From the NCBI GenBank assembly GCA_040876265.1, contig JBBDPN010000001.1, forward strand, positions 53,691-117,690: a stretch of 64,000 nucleotides of DNA. The letters run 5' to 3'. The DNA comes from Candidatus Woykebacteria bacterium (lineage in GTDB: Bacteria; Patescibacteriota; Microgenomatia; Woykebacterales; RBG-16-39-9b). Made by a program: the position numbers and the translations under genes. A model generated the notes under the pieces. It made no database searches. It worked only from the letters and a program-made list of their open reading frames with translations, and was not told the origin of the DNA. Position 1 is the stretch's first letter. Every line of letters starts with the position of its first letter. Positions 55,476-64,000 of the stretch are shown piece after piece.

Positions 55476-55950
55476 GGTACCCCCTTTCCTTTTGTGGAGT
55501 GTTTATTTTAGCAAGTAAGTCAACTAGCTGGGCGAGTTCTTTGTCAGTCAAATTATCAAAGGCAGAGGAGATAGACGAGATATACTTGCTTCGGAAAAGG
55601 TTAAATTTTTTGGTAGCAGTCTCGGAAAATTTCACTCTTTGGATGCGGCGATCCGTCGGATCTTCTTCTCGTTTCAACAGTCCTTTTTCCACTAGGTGAT
55701 CGACCATTTGGGTGATAGCGCCGCTAGTAACTTTCAAATGTCTCGCCAGATCCTTCACGCTTACACCTTTATCTTTAAATTTCCGTAGGTAAAAGAAAAG
55801 CTCCATGTGACCGCGGCCGTAGTGGTGTTCTTTGTGATCGTGGTCCCGGTGACCGCGGTGCCAGAAATGGGGTTGGGGTGCTAAAGAGCGAAAGGTACCA
55901 AAAAGCTCTTTAGCTAATTTTTGGATAAGCTCTTCCCGTTTTTGTTTCAT
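55441..55950 (-). CDS. MarR-family regulator with His-rich insert
   Basis: SVKDLARHLKVTSGAITQMVDHLVEKG..DRR. Confidence 0.9.
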   Translation of the reverse strand: MKQKREELIQKLAKELFGTFRSLAPQPHFWHRGHRDHDHKEHHYGRGHMELFFYLRKFKDKGVSVKDLARHLKVTSGAITQMVDHLVEKGLLKREEDPTDRRIQRVKFSETATKKFNLFRSKYISSISSAFDNLTDKELAQLVDLLAKINTPQKERGYRGINNLSKKYL

Positions 55951-55985
55951 AATAGGATAGAGAGTAAAAAGTTTAGCTAATAATT

Positions 55986-56014
55986 AGTTTAGTGGCTAAA
56001 GTATATATTGTCAA
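55986..56014 (-). promoter_or_regulatory. marR-ABC operon promoter with inverted-repeat operator
   Basis: TTGACA-17-TAAACT on the minus strand; TTTAG-tgg-CTAAA inverted repeat at 55988-56000. Confidence 0.65.
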
Positions 56015-56074
56015 GAGGTTTTAACTAGCGAACTCGCCCCCACAAAAACCTAGGCTTGTAATTACACTGTGTTG

Positions 56075-56557
56075 TCATCCGGTGCCTATCAGTTTTGTGA
56101 TCTTTTTTGCAAACTCATCTCTTTCTTTAGGGTTATCAAAAGCATTTTCTAAAAGCACACTCAGCTGAATTTTAAAGTTTGTCTCTAGTGTTTTAGATGG
56201 CTTACCTGTTGTGGCATTTATTAAAAGAATAGTTGGGATTAAACTAACCAATTGCCGCATTAGTTGTTGTAGTTCAATTTTTCTGTTGTTAATTTCCTCT
56301 TCAGATTTAACTACTCTTTTTTCCAATCTTTCCAATTCTTCAGCTTTGGCGTAGATTTCGTCCCTTATTTTACGAAATCTTGCTTCAAAACTAAGCGTCT
56401 TAATTACTTCTAGCTTGTCAATTGAATAGATTACTACAGATACGAAAAAAGTAGCTAAGTATATTTCAATACTGATAAGACCAATGAATAACAAGAAAGT
56501 AACAAATGCCGATGTAGCAATTAGAAGATATATTCGTCGAAGTTTTCTGAACCCCAT
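56075..56557 (-). CDS. Hypothetical membrane protein with coiled coil
   Basis: Two N-terminal TMs followed by a heptad-rich region. Confidence 0.6.
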   Translation of the reverse strand: MGFRKLRRIYLLIATSAFVTFLLFIGLISIEIYLATFFVSVVIYSIDKLEVIKTLSFEARFRKIRDEIYAKAEELERLEKRVVKSEEEINNRKIELQQLMRQLVSLIPTILLINATTGKPSKTLETNFKIQLSVLLENAFDNPKERDEFAKKITKLIGTG

Positions 56558-56610
56558 TTCCTAGAAAATTCTACTTTTTCCTTTTCAAGAAAGCAAATCT
56601 GGAAAAAAGA

Positions 56611-56835
56611 TTATTTTATTTTGGAGAATTCTTCTACGGAAAGACCCGTCTGCTTGATTATTGATCGCAGGGTTCCGGTTTTCAAATCTTTGACGTGATA
56701 GGGAACAGGTATTCTGGTTTTTGTGCGGGGTTTAAACATTATATAGTGACTGCCAGAAACGTGATCAATTACAAAGCCGATCTTTTTAAGTTTGGAAATA
56801 ACTTCGCGAGGTTTCTGGGGAGAAAGTTTGGTCAT
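56611..56835 (-). CDS. hicA: HicA-family toxin
   Basis: LKKIGF..SGSH..VPYH.KDLKTGTL.SI. Confidence 0.92.
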   Translation of the reverse strand: MTKLSPQKPREVISKLKKIGFVIDHVSGSHYIMFKPRTKTRIPVPYHVKDLKTGTLRSIIKQTGLSVEEFSKIK

Positions 56836-57060
56836 TCAAACAGAAACCGAAACCTTTTCGATTTCAGCTTTGTCGGTAGGGATGGGTTCTCTATGTTTTT
56901 TCAGGGAAGCGATGTAACCCTCGATGGCATCCTTTATCATGGAAAGAGCTTCGTCTTTGGTTTCACCCTGACTGGTGCAGCCTGGGAGGGCTGGAGCGGA
57001 AATTATGTAGCCGCCTTCTGGCGCCTTTTGGAGATAAACAGTGTAGTTCAAAACCTTCAT
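56836..57060 (-). CDS. hicB: HicB-family antitoxin (short)
   Basis: EGGY..PALPGCTSQGET.DEAL.MIKDAI. Confidence 0.92.
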   Translation of the reverse strand: MKVLNYTVYLQKAPEGGYIISAPALPGCTSQGETKDEALSMIKDAIEGYIASLKKHREPIPTDKAEIEKVSVSV

Positions 57061-57161
57061 GTTGAAACTATAACAAATCCACAAAGCTTTCACAAGAAAC
57101 CAAACCCTTTTCCTCCCCTGGAAAGTAAATAGTATAATGATAAAAGTGGGGAGGTGAATAT

Positions 57162-57350
57162 ATGAAAACTATTGTAATCGTTGTATTAGTTATACTGGGA
57201 CTTTATTGGCTTCTTGATCATCGATCACCATTACCCCTAAATCACGAACAATTTGGTTTGTACAACCACACTGTACACAGAATCTTAGGCGTAGTTCTTT
57301 TGGTGGCAGCGGGGGTGGTGGGATGGTTGTGGAAACCACACAGATCCTAG
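57162..57350 (+). CDS. Small two-TM membrane protein
   Basis: TATAAT, GGAGGTGA SD, two hydrophobic segments. Confidence 0.65.
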   Translation: MKTIVIVVLVILGLYWLLDHRSPLPLNHEQFGLYNHTVHRILGVVLLVAAGVVGWLWKPHRS

Positions 57351-57619
57351 TCTGTTTTTTTGACCCCAACGATCATGGTGCCGGGGGTATTACCGCCTTT
57401 AGCCCGGTGGCTGGTACCGGCTGGAGTTTCTACTCGTTCACCCGGCCCAAAGGTCTTTGTGCCTTTTTCGTCGATTATTGTCAACTCGCCAGTTAGTATC
57501 ACGTTAACGGTTTGTAGCTCGTGGGTGTGTTCTGGATCTTCACCGGGCTCGATAGTACGGACTTCCAGATTTGTATAACCTTCTTGCCGCAGTTTTTCCA
57601 GCCATTCTTTTTCAGTCAT
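57347..57619 (-). CDS. Cupin-domain protein
   Basis: HTHE..ILTGE..GPGE..PAGTSH. Confidence 0.85.
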   Translation of the reverse strand: MTEKEWLEKLRQEGYTNLEVRTIEPGEDPEHTHELQTVNVILTGELTIIDEKGTKTFGPGERVETPAGTSHRAKGGNTPGTMIVGVKKTD

Positions 57620-57676
57620 ATATTGTTGTATTCTCCAAATTCTACTTTCGTCTTCTCCGAAAAACAGACTTATCGG

Positions 57677-58609
57677 TTACTCTTTAATTTTTATTACTAC
57701 TTTTCCCTTTGGGTGGCCAGTTTCCAGGTATTCAAATGCTTCTTTTGTTTGGGAAAGAGGGAAGACCTTATCGATTTGTGGTTTGATTACTCCTTCATCA
57801 ACCAGCTGTGTGAGACGAGTTAAATTTTTCTTACTACTTTCGGTCATTTGACCAATTGCCACCACTCCATATTTCTTCGCAAGCTCTGGGTCTGGTGCAC
57901 CAGTCATAGAGACCAAGATCCTGCCTTTTTTGAGAACTTTTAGAGACCTTTCGGCGACGTCACCTTTTGCAGTGTTGAATACAGCATCGTAGCCACTAAG
58001 TTTATCTTCAAAGTTTTCTTTCTGGTAATCAATTACCTGGTCAGCTCCGAGTCTTTTGGCGGTTTGTATACCATCGCTACTAACTGTAGTGGCAACATAA
58101 GCACCTGTGTACTTGGCCAGTTGAATCGCGATGCTGCCAATACCGCCAGCGCCACCATGGATGAGAATTTTTTGACCGCTCTTTAGGTTTATATGCTGTT
58201 CCAGAGCTTGAATGGCGCTAGCACCAACAAGGGGGAGAGAAGCAGCATCGACATGATTCAAACTCTTTGGTTTCAAGGCAGTATTGGCGGCGTTGGACGC
58301 TGCAAATTCGGCGATAGAGCCGGACCCACCATTTAGGACCAAGGCTTGACCGTAAACTTCATCGCCAATTTTAAACTCATTTAAGTTGCTACCGACCTCT
58401 AGCACCACACCAGAAAAATTACCACCGGCAGTTTGCGGTAAGGGTGGACCACCCATTCTTCCAGCCATAACCCCAAGATCGACTGGATTTAAACTGGCAG
58501 CGTGGACTTCAACCAAAACTTGACCGTCTTTTATTTGTGGTTTTGGAGCGTTTTCATTAATTTCTATAACTTCTGCTCCGCCGTATTTACTGTACTGTGC
58601 TGCTTTCAT
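57677..58609 (-). CDS. NADP-dependent oxidoreductase (MDR/quinone-reductase-like)
   Basis: AASLNPVD, IHGGAGGIGS, GKVVI. Confidence 0.9.
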   Translation of the reverse strand: MKAAQYSKYGGAEVIEINENAPKPQIKDGQVLVEVHAASLNPVDLGVMAGRMGGPPLPQTAGGNFSGVVLEVGSNLNEFKIGDEVYGQALVLNGGSGSIAEFAASNAANTALKPKSLNHVDAASLPLVGASAIQALEQHINLKSGQKILIHGGAGGIGSIAIQLAKYTGAYVATTVSSDGIQTAKRLGADQVIDYQKENFEDKLSGYDAVFNTAKGDVAERSLKVLKKGRILVSMTGAPDPELAKKYGVVAIGQMTESSKKNLTRLTQLVDEGVIKPQIDKVFPLSQTKEAFEYLETGHPKGKVVIKIKE

Positions 58610-58651
58610 AGGATTTATAAATTCTAATCCTTCCTTTTCCGAAAGGCAAAT

Positions 58652-58867
58652 TTAGGAGATCAAAGTTTTCTTGTACACCTTGCCCTTTTTGTCATAGGTA
58701 ATCCACTCTCCAACTTGCTTCCCCCCCCCTTCGAAGTATCCAGAGCGCATCTTGCTGCCGTCTTTGCGAAACCACTCCCAATAGCCATCAGCTTTGCCGC
58801 TAACCATGTTTCCTTTTGCCCAAATAGTGCCGTCTTTGTGATAGTAAGCGAAATCTTTCTTAGCCAT
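58652..58867 (-). CDS. MORN-variant repeat small protein
   Basis: DGYWEWFRKDGSKMRSGYF..GEWITYD. Confidence 0.75.
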   Translation of the reverse strand: MAKKDFAYYHKDGTIWAKGNMVSGKADGYWEWFRKDGSKMRSGYFEGGGKQVGEWITYDKKGKVYKKTLIS

Positions 58868-58873
58868 AATTAT

Positions 58874-59359
58874 CTAACGGGATGAATACGCCTTCTCCAA
58901 ATCAGCGATTATCAGCCTTTTCATCTTCATCATGGCGTCCATTGCGCGTTTGGCAGCTTCTTTATCATCGGATTTTATCATCTCGTCAAGCCTCGTTGGA
59001 TTTATTTGCCAGCTTACTCCAAATTTGTCTTTAAGCCATCCGCACACCTCTGATTCGGGAACAGCAGATAGAGCCTTCCAGTAATAATCGATTTCTTCTT
59101 GGTTTTCGCAGTCAATCACGAAAGAAACAGCTTCGTTGAATTTAAAATCGGCTCCTCCATTAAGAGCCATGAAGCGCTGTCCGAAAATTTCAAATTCGGT
59201 TGTTAATACGCTACCGATGGGTTTGTTTGAAGGCGTATCGGTTGTGTAATAAGTTATATCACCTTCTTTGAAATTTTCTTTGAAAACATTTTTGTAAAAC
59301 TTGACCATCTCTTCAGCCTGATCATCAAGCCACAAGCATGTTACTAATTTTTCTGGCAT
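58874..59359 (-). CDS. VOC family protein (PhnB/3-dmu-9 methyltransferase-like)
   Basis: CLWLDDQAEE, ALNGG, QEEIDYYW, CGWLKDKFGVSWQI. Confidence 0.9.
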   Translation of the reverse strand: MPEKLVTCLWLDDQAEEMVKFYKNVFKENFKEGDITYYTTDTPSNKPIGSVLTTEFEIFGQRFMALNGGADFKFNEAVSFVIDCENQEEIDYYWKALSAVPESEVCGWLKDKFGVSWQINPTRLDEMIKSDDKEAAKRAMDAMMKMKRLIIADLEKAYSSR

Positions 59360-59380
59360 ATTTGGTCACCTTCTTTCAAA

Positions 59381-59767
59381 TTACATTTGAACAGGTTGGA
59401 GCATACCTATGCTGTTGCCTTCGGTGTCCTTGAACATCACAAAGTTACCAATACCTTTGATATCCATCGGTTTGCCGATGATTTTGCCACCTGCTTTTTT
59501 AACTATTTCCATGTGGTTTTCAAGGTTTCCCACTGAGATAACCAAATGAGGCTTGTTTCCTTCCTTACCTTTTTGGAAAAATCCACCGTTTATAGCGCCT
59601 TTTTCCTTGTGCACTCTGTTTTCATCGAGAGGAGTAGTGGTGGCTAAAAGATAATCTCCCATATCAGCTCCTAACTGCTGCATTTCCCAACCAAAGGCAG
59701 TTTCATAAAACTTCTTTGTACGCTTTTTATCAATAGTGGGCATTTCAAAGTGGACAACAGGATTCAT
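59381..59767 (-). CDS. VOC/glyoxalase family protein
   Basis: MNPVVHFEMP..FY..FGW, GAINGG, FKDTEGN. Confidence 0.9.
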   Translation of the reverse strand: MNPVVHFEMPTIDKKRTKKFYETAFGWEMQQLGADMGDYLLATTTPLDENRVHKEKGAINGGFFQKGKEGNKPHLVISVGNLENHMEIVKKAGGKIIGKPMDIKGIGNFVMFKDTEGNSIGMLQPVQM

Positions 59768-59866
59768 ATTTGTCACCTCCTCCGTAAATGGTGTCGAAAC
59801 AGTATAGCGGTATTGTTCAAAAAATGAAACAGATAAGCGACTTTGGTGGTGTCGTATAATATGGTT

Positions 59867-60415
59867 ATGAAAATTGGTAAGACCCTTTATGTAACCGACC
59901 GTGCGGATTGGCGAGGGTGGTTGGAAAAACACCACGATAAAGAGCCAGAGATTTGGCTAATTTACTACAAAAAAGGCTCGGGAAAGTCTCGCATCTCTTA
60001 CAACGACGCAGTAGAAGAAGCTCTTTGTTTTGGTTGGATCGACAGCACTGTGAAGGGAATTGACGAGGAAAAATACGCTCAAAGGTTTTCACCGCGAAAT
60101 CCAAAAAGCAATTGGTCGCAGGCTAACAAAGAAAGAGTAAGAAGATTACTCGAACAAGGAAAAATGACTAAGTCAGGGCTAGAAAAATTCACTGGAATAA
60201 ATCTGAATTCTTTTGAAATACCGGCCGATATTTTAAAGGCGTTGAAGAAAGACGCTGAGACTTGGGAGAATTTCCAAAAATTTCCGGGGAGTTACCAAAG
60301 AGTCCGGATTAGTTTTGTGGAAGGCGCTCGAAATAGGCCGCTGGAGTTTAAAAAGCGTTTAAATTACCTCCTCAAAATGACGAGGCAAAATAAAAAGTTC
60401 GGAATTGTCCGCTAA
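59867..60415 (+). CDS. YdeI/OmpD-associated family protein
   Basis: WRGWLEKHH, AVEEALCFGWIDS, RFSPR..SNWS..N. Confidence 0.9.
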   Translation: MKIGKTLYVTDRADWRGWLEKHHDKEPEIWLIYYKKGSGKSRISYNDAVEEALCFGWIDSTVKGIDEEKYAQRFSPRNPKSNWSQANKERVRRLLEQGKMTKSGLEKFTGINLNSFEIPADILKALKKDAETWENFQKFPGSYQRVRISFVEGARNRPLEFKKRLNYLLKMTRQNKKFGIVR

Positions 60416-60421
60416 CACAAG

Positions 60422-60643
60422 CTACATCTTCTTACCCATTTGTAGGTAAGCTACCCACACGGCGCAGATACCGACGAGTATGTAAACAATGTTTTCAACT
60501 GCTGGCCAGGAGCCTAAAATAAGATTAATTACGTTTAGATTTGTGTTTAGAAAATACCCAAGGCCTACCAGGCCCCAAGCTACTCCGGCAACTACCAGGG
60601 TCCACACGCCCCATTTTAATTCCATACTTCCCATCGTTCTCAC
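60422..60643 (-). CDS. DUF378-like small membrane protein
   Basis: LVVAG..WGLVG..NVI..IVYILVG. Confidence 0.7.
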   Translation of the reverse strand: MRTMGSMELKWGVWTLVVAGVAWGLVGLGYFLNTNLNVINLILGSWPAVENIVYILVGICAVWVAYLQMGKKM

Positions 60644-60721
60644 CCCCTCTCAAGTTTAACTAGGTAAGTATTAACCTGTGATAAATGTCCCAGTTTTGGG
60701 TGTAGTTGTCAACCTAGTAAA

Positions 60722-61330
60722 TTGTTTTTGACAAACGAGCAGCTACTAGGTACAATCTTCCCACTTACTGGAGGGAGGTGCAGCTTGTCAAGAAAAAGGA
60801 AAAGGGGTGGTAGGAGTCGACTTCAGAAGAGGAAGAGTAGAAAAGACGGTTCTACACCTCTAAGTAGATACGCCACTCAATCAGAGATTGTGTCTCCTGG
60901 TGAGAGACTACCGGAATTGCCGGAGGAATCACGTGGTGAAAGGCAAGGCCCATCTGTCGGGATCGCCCAAACCCTTCAAGCTGCGAGTGTAGTTCCTGTT
61001 GTGCCACTGCTGCTACCAGAAGAGATCGGGACTGATGCTCACGACAGCGATCCGCTGCTTAATAGATCTGACAATAAACTGGGGGCCAAAATCTTCGGTC
61101 TGCTAAGAGGCATTTTTGGCCTAGATTTTGAAGACGAGGAGTCGGAGCTCAATGAAGAAACCAGGGAAGATGCTGAATATTCAGAAGTTCTGACTCAATT
61201 GAACGAGCTTTATGACCAGCTGCTAAGGAGACCGAGCGAGGAAAAGAAAGTTGATCTTGAAGAGCAGATAGAGAAACTCCAGAAACGTAGGGTGGAGTTG
61301 AAGGAAACTCACTACCCCATAATCACCTGA
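60722..61330 (+). CDS. Hypothetical protein (orphan; basic N-terminus, acidic C-terminus)
   Basis: GGAGGGAGG SD before the internal TTG near 60785; followed by hairpin 61328-61358. Confidence 0.5.
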   Translation: MFLTNEQLLGTIFPLTGGRCSLSRKRKRGGRSRLQKRKSRKDGSTPLSRYATQSEIVSPGERLPELPEESRGERQGPSVGIAQTLQAASVVPVVPLLLPEEIGTDAHDSDPLLNRSDNKLGAKIFGLLRGIFGLDFEDEESELNEETREDAEYSEVLTQLNELYDQLLRRPSEEKKVDLEEQIEKLQKRRVELKETHYPIIT

Positions 61331-61428
61331 GGCTTGCTTCCATTAGGAGCAGGCCTCAATTCGTTTTTTAGGCTTGCCCACAGCCTCCTTGATTAAGATT
61401 TATGCTGTGTGCTATACTCTGTCCCGAT

Positions 61429-61761
61429 ATGCAGCAGGAATACGAATTGGTTGTGGTAACGAGCGTAGAGACCGGCGAGCAGGACCAGAGATCTATACTT
61501 GACGAGGTTAAGAAAATGGTTGAAGCAGGTAAAGGTGAAATAGCCAGTGTTGACAGTTGGGGAAGAAGAGAACTGGCCTACCCGATAAAGAAAAACACCG
61601 AAGGTCTTTACTCTATTGTTTCCTTCAAAAGTGACCCAGCCGTACCCCAAAAAATTAATTCGAAGTTTAAACTAATGGACGAAATTTTGAGATTTTTATT
61701 GGTCAAAAAAGAAAGCGAGAAGGCGGCGGTGAGAGGAAAGAAGTTAAAAGTAAAAAAGTAA
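61429..61761 (+). CDS. rpsF: 30S ribosomal protein S6
   Basis: YELVVV, WGRRELAYPIKK, ILRFL. Confidence 0.95.
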   Translation: MQQEYELVVVTSVETGEQDQRSILDEVKKMVEAGKGEIASVDSWGRRELAYPIKKNTEGLYSIVSFKSDPAVPQKINSKFKLMDEILRFLLVKKESEKAAVRGKKLKVKK

Positions 61762-61909
61762 TGTTGATAGGAGGTTCATATGTCTACTAGATCTTTGAAT
61801 AGCAATTTTGAAAATTCAATCTGCCGTTTTCATGTTCAAAATATGCAGCGTTCAAGAATAGCTTGCAGCTATTTAATTGAACCAAAAGTAAGGCAAAGAG
61901 GGGATTGTA

Positions 61910-62458
61910 ATGTCAACTAGGAGTTTGAATAAAGTGATGTTGATTGGGAATTTAACAAGGGACCCGGAGCTGCGATACACCCCCAGTGGTACAGCAGTCT
62001 GTTCTTTTAGACTGGCCACCAACCGTACTTGGACACCTTCAGACGGTAGCGAGAAGAAAGAGGAAGCAGAGTTTCACCGAATAGTATCTTGGAACAAACT
62101 AGCCGAGCTTTGCTCACAACTTCTGACCAAGGGCCGAAAGGTTTATATAGAAGGGCGTTTGCAAACAAGAAGCTGGGATACACCCGAGGGAGATCGAAGA
62201 TTTGCGACAGAGGTAGTAGCTGAGGATATGGTGATCTTGGACTCCAGAAGGAGTTTCGAAGAAAAGGGTGGTGAGTCCCAGGTGAGTGAAGATAGTGGTG
62301 AGGAGCCTGAAAAAGTCGAAGTTGAGGATACCGGTGGTGAAGCCAAAAAAGAAGTGAAATCTGATAAAAAAAGTAAGAATAAAGACAGCAAAGATAGCGA
62401 GAAGAAAGAAACAAGCGAGGACGAAGGCGAAATAGATATCGACGACATTCCCTTCTGA
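61910..62458 (+). CDS. ssb: Single-stranded DNA-binding protein
   Basis: LNKVMLIGNLTRDPELRYT, EGRLQTRSW, C-terminal DDIPF. Confidence 0.98.
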   Translation: MSTRSLNKVMLIGNLTRDPELRYTPSGTAVCSFRLATNRTWTPSDGSEKKEEAEFHRIVSWNKLAELCSQLLTKGRKVYIEGRLQTRSWDTPEGDRRFATEVVAEDMVILDSRRSFEEKGGESQVSEDSGEEPEKVEVEDTGGEAKKEVKSDKKSKNKDSKDSEKKETSEDEGEIDIDDIPF

Positions 62459-62499
62459 CGGCCTTTTAATGGTGGTTCTAAAATTCTGAAATTTCTTAT

Positions 62500-62733
62500 A
62501 TGGCGATACTGAGAAATAATAAAGACTATAGAAAAAAATATTGCAATTTTTGTAAAGAAAACAAGGATCCAGACTACAAAGACGCAAGTTCTTTAGGAAG
62601 ATTTACCACCGAGCGTGGTAAAATAATCGGTAGGGCAAAGACTGGTATTTGTGCTGCTCACCAGAGAAAACTAGCGACCGCCGTGAAGAGGGCGAGAGTG
62701 TTGGCACTTTTACCTTTTGTCCCTAAAATTTAG
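62500..62733 (+). CDS. rpsR: 30S ribosomal protein S18 (zinc-binding C+ type)
   Basis: CNFC, DYKD, ERGKI, C..HQR, KRAR.LALLPF. Confidence 0.96.
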   Translation: MAILRNNKDYRKKYCNFCKENKDPDYKDASSLGRFTTERGKIIGRAKTGICAAHQRKLATAVKRARVLALLPFVPKI

Positions 62734-62744
62734 GCCATAAAGGT

Positions 62745-63800
62745 ATGCCGCAACAAAAATTTATAACAATTGATATAGGCAGTGCTTGGACTAAGGCTTT
62801 TTTAGCTGGGCTGGACTCAGAGAATAACATTTCTATAGAAGGATCAGCGCGCTTACCTACATCATCAGGTAATTTCTCCTTTGCTACCAGCCTCCTTTTA
62901 AAAAAAATTGGTCAGGAAGAAGCACCAAAAATCTTTGTTAGTAGTATTTCTCAGGTAGAAGATGTTGCGAAAAAATATAAAGCTGCTTTTGTAGCCGAAG
63001 AGGAAGCAGCTACCGCTCTAGTAAAATTTATAAAAAAAGGCGATGCTTCGGTAAGCGTCTTAGATGCTGGGGCAAGCAATCTGCACGAAAGTATTCACGC
63101 TGGCGATGTTGGAAAATACCTTACCTTTGGTTCAAGTGAAATTTTTTTGGAAAACTTTTTTGGTAAGAAGAGATTCAAACCACACCTACTACCAATAGAC
63201 ACAAAAGAACTTGAGATAGAAGAAGCCTTTTTGCGCCATGTTTTTATATCCAAACTTTCCAATCAAAATACGAGTAAAAAGATGCTGATTATTGCCACCG
63301 GAGGTATGATATCAGGAGCACCAAGACTGTCAAGAATCGCTCTTCTCATCCTAGATGTTCTTGGACCGGGTGTTGTGGCTCAAGTGGTTTATGATAGGGA
63401 ATTTTTCTTACCTTCTTTTGGCGCGCTACTAGCAAAATACAAGCAATTTGAAATGGCTACCCCGGTTGGTTGGCTAGATGATCTGGGAGCTTTTGTTTCC
63501 CTTGGAGGAACAAAAAGATTAGAACTAGACTGGGGTTACTCTCAAATGCAACAAATCGAACTAGAAGACGGAGAAATATCCCTGATACCGGCGCCAAAAG
63601 AGCAAAAAATCGAAATGAGCATATTGGGTGATAAAAAGGAAAAAAAGAAATACAGTGTAAACGGCGGTAGTCTAGGTGTTGTTTTGGACGCTCGCCAAAA
63701 ACCACTCCCGCTGGATTTTGGTCATTCAGAGTCTCGGAGGCTGATGAGCAGTTGGTTAAAGGAGCTAGAGCAGGCCGAGATAAATAAGGAGGCATTTTGA
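62745..63800 (+). CDS. Glutamate-mutase-L (GlmL)-like actin-fold protein
   Basis: IDIGSAWTKA phosphate-1 motif, ATGG, GGSLGVVLDARQKPL. Confidence 0.65.
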   Translation: MPQQKFITIDIGSAWTKAFLAGLDSENNISIEGSARLPTSSGNFSFATSLLLKKIGQEEAPKIFVSSISQVEDVAKKYKAAFVAEEEAATALVKFIKKGDASVSVLDAGASNLHESIHAGDVGKYLTFGSSEIFLENFFGKKRFKPHLLPIDTKELEIEEAFLRHVFISKLSNQNTSKKMLIIATGGMISGAPRLSRIALLILDVLGPGVVAQVVYDREFFLPSFGALLAKYKQFEMATPVGWLDDLGAFVSLGGTKRLELDWGYSQMQQIELEDGEISLIPAPKEQKIEMSILGDKKEKKKYSVNGGSLGVVLDARQKPLPLDFGHSESRRLMSSWLKELEQAEINKEAF

Positions 63801-64000
63801 TTTGCCCAGTAACTAAAAGGGTAAAAGAAAAGAAAAAAATAATTCTCAACCGGTATTACCCTGGTAAATGCAAACTAGTAGTAAAGATAGGTCAGAGTGT
63901 TGGCGACACGGACATTATCGGTCACTGCGAGGTAAGTGCTGGAAGGAGGCTAATAAAAATTGCCCACGTTTTGGGAGTTTCGGGAGCGGCGGTTCAAAAA
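63797..64000 (+). CDS. Hypothetical protein, 3'-partial
   Basis: AGGAGG SD, TTG start overlapping the upstream stop; frame open to the window end (LVVKIGQSVGDTDIIG). Confidence 0.6.
   Translation, partial: MICPVTKRVKEKKKIILNRYYPGKCKLVVKIGQSVGDTDIIGHCEVSAGRRLIKIAHVLGVSGAAVQK

Noticed and set aside
1-64000. Alternative genetic code (UGA = Gly) and tRNA genes
   Set aside because: TGA terminates intact genes such as ssb and dnaX at the expected ends. No tRNA cloverleaf was recognised by eye, though a tRNAscan run could still find one.

Overview
Bacterial chromosomal window read with genetic code 11. It is most likely from a reduced Patescibacteria/CPR (Microgenomates-like) genome. That is an inference from the short EF-Ts, minimal Mfd and YchF, apparently leaderless housekeeping genes, type IV pilin cluster and cohesin/dockerin proteins. 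The backbone is housekeeping: guaA, dprA, topA, a dcd-dut-like-thyA-folA-tmk thymidylate cluster, rpsB-tsf-frr-rseP-proS, rpsU-ybeY-pth-mfd, dnaX-ybaB-recR, cysS, ychF and rpsF-ssb-rpsR. Single, visibly GC-richer orphan ORFs are interspersed, and there is an accessory region at about 46.8-61.3 kb. Standout signals: (1) a ~610-nt non-coding RNA at 13694-14303 with its own promoter and terminator, paired ends, and motifs matching my recollection of OLE RNA, with no adjacent oapA but a CNNM/CorB gene 1.8 kb upstream; (2) a dispersed structured repeat family, one member of which is a 217-bp in-frame insertion in mfd; (3) an array of membrane-anchored paralogs with DNA-conserved ends and an orphan junction copy, suggesting cassette shuffling; (4) a three-gene cohesin-dockerin glycoside hydrolase module. 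All family calls come from motif recognition by eye, not database searches.
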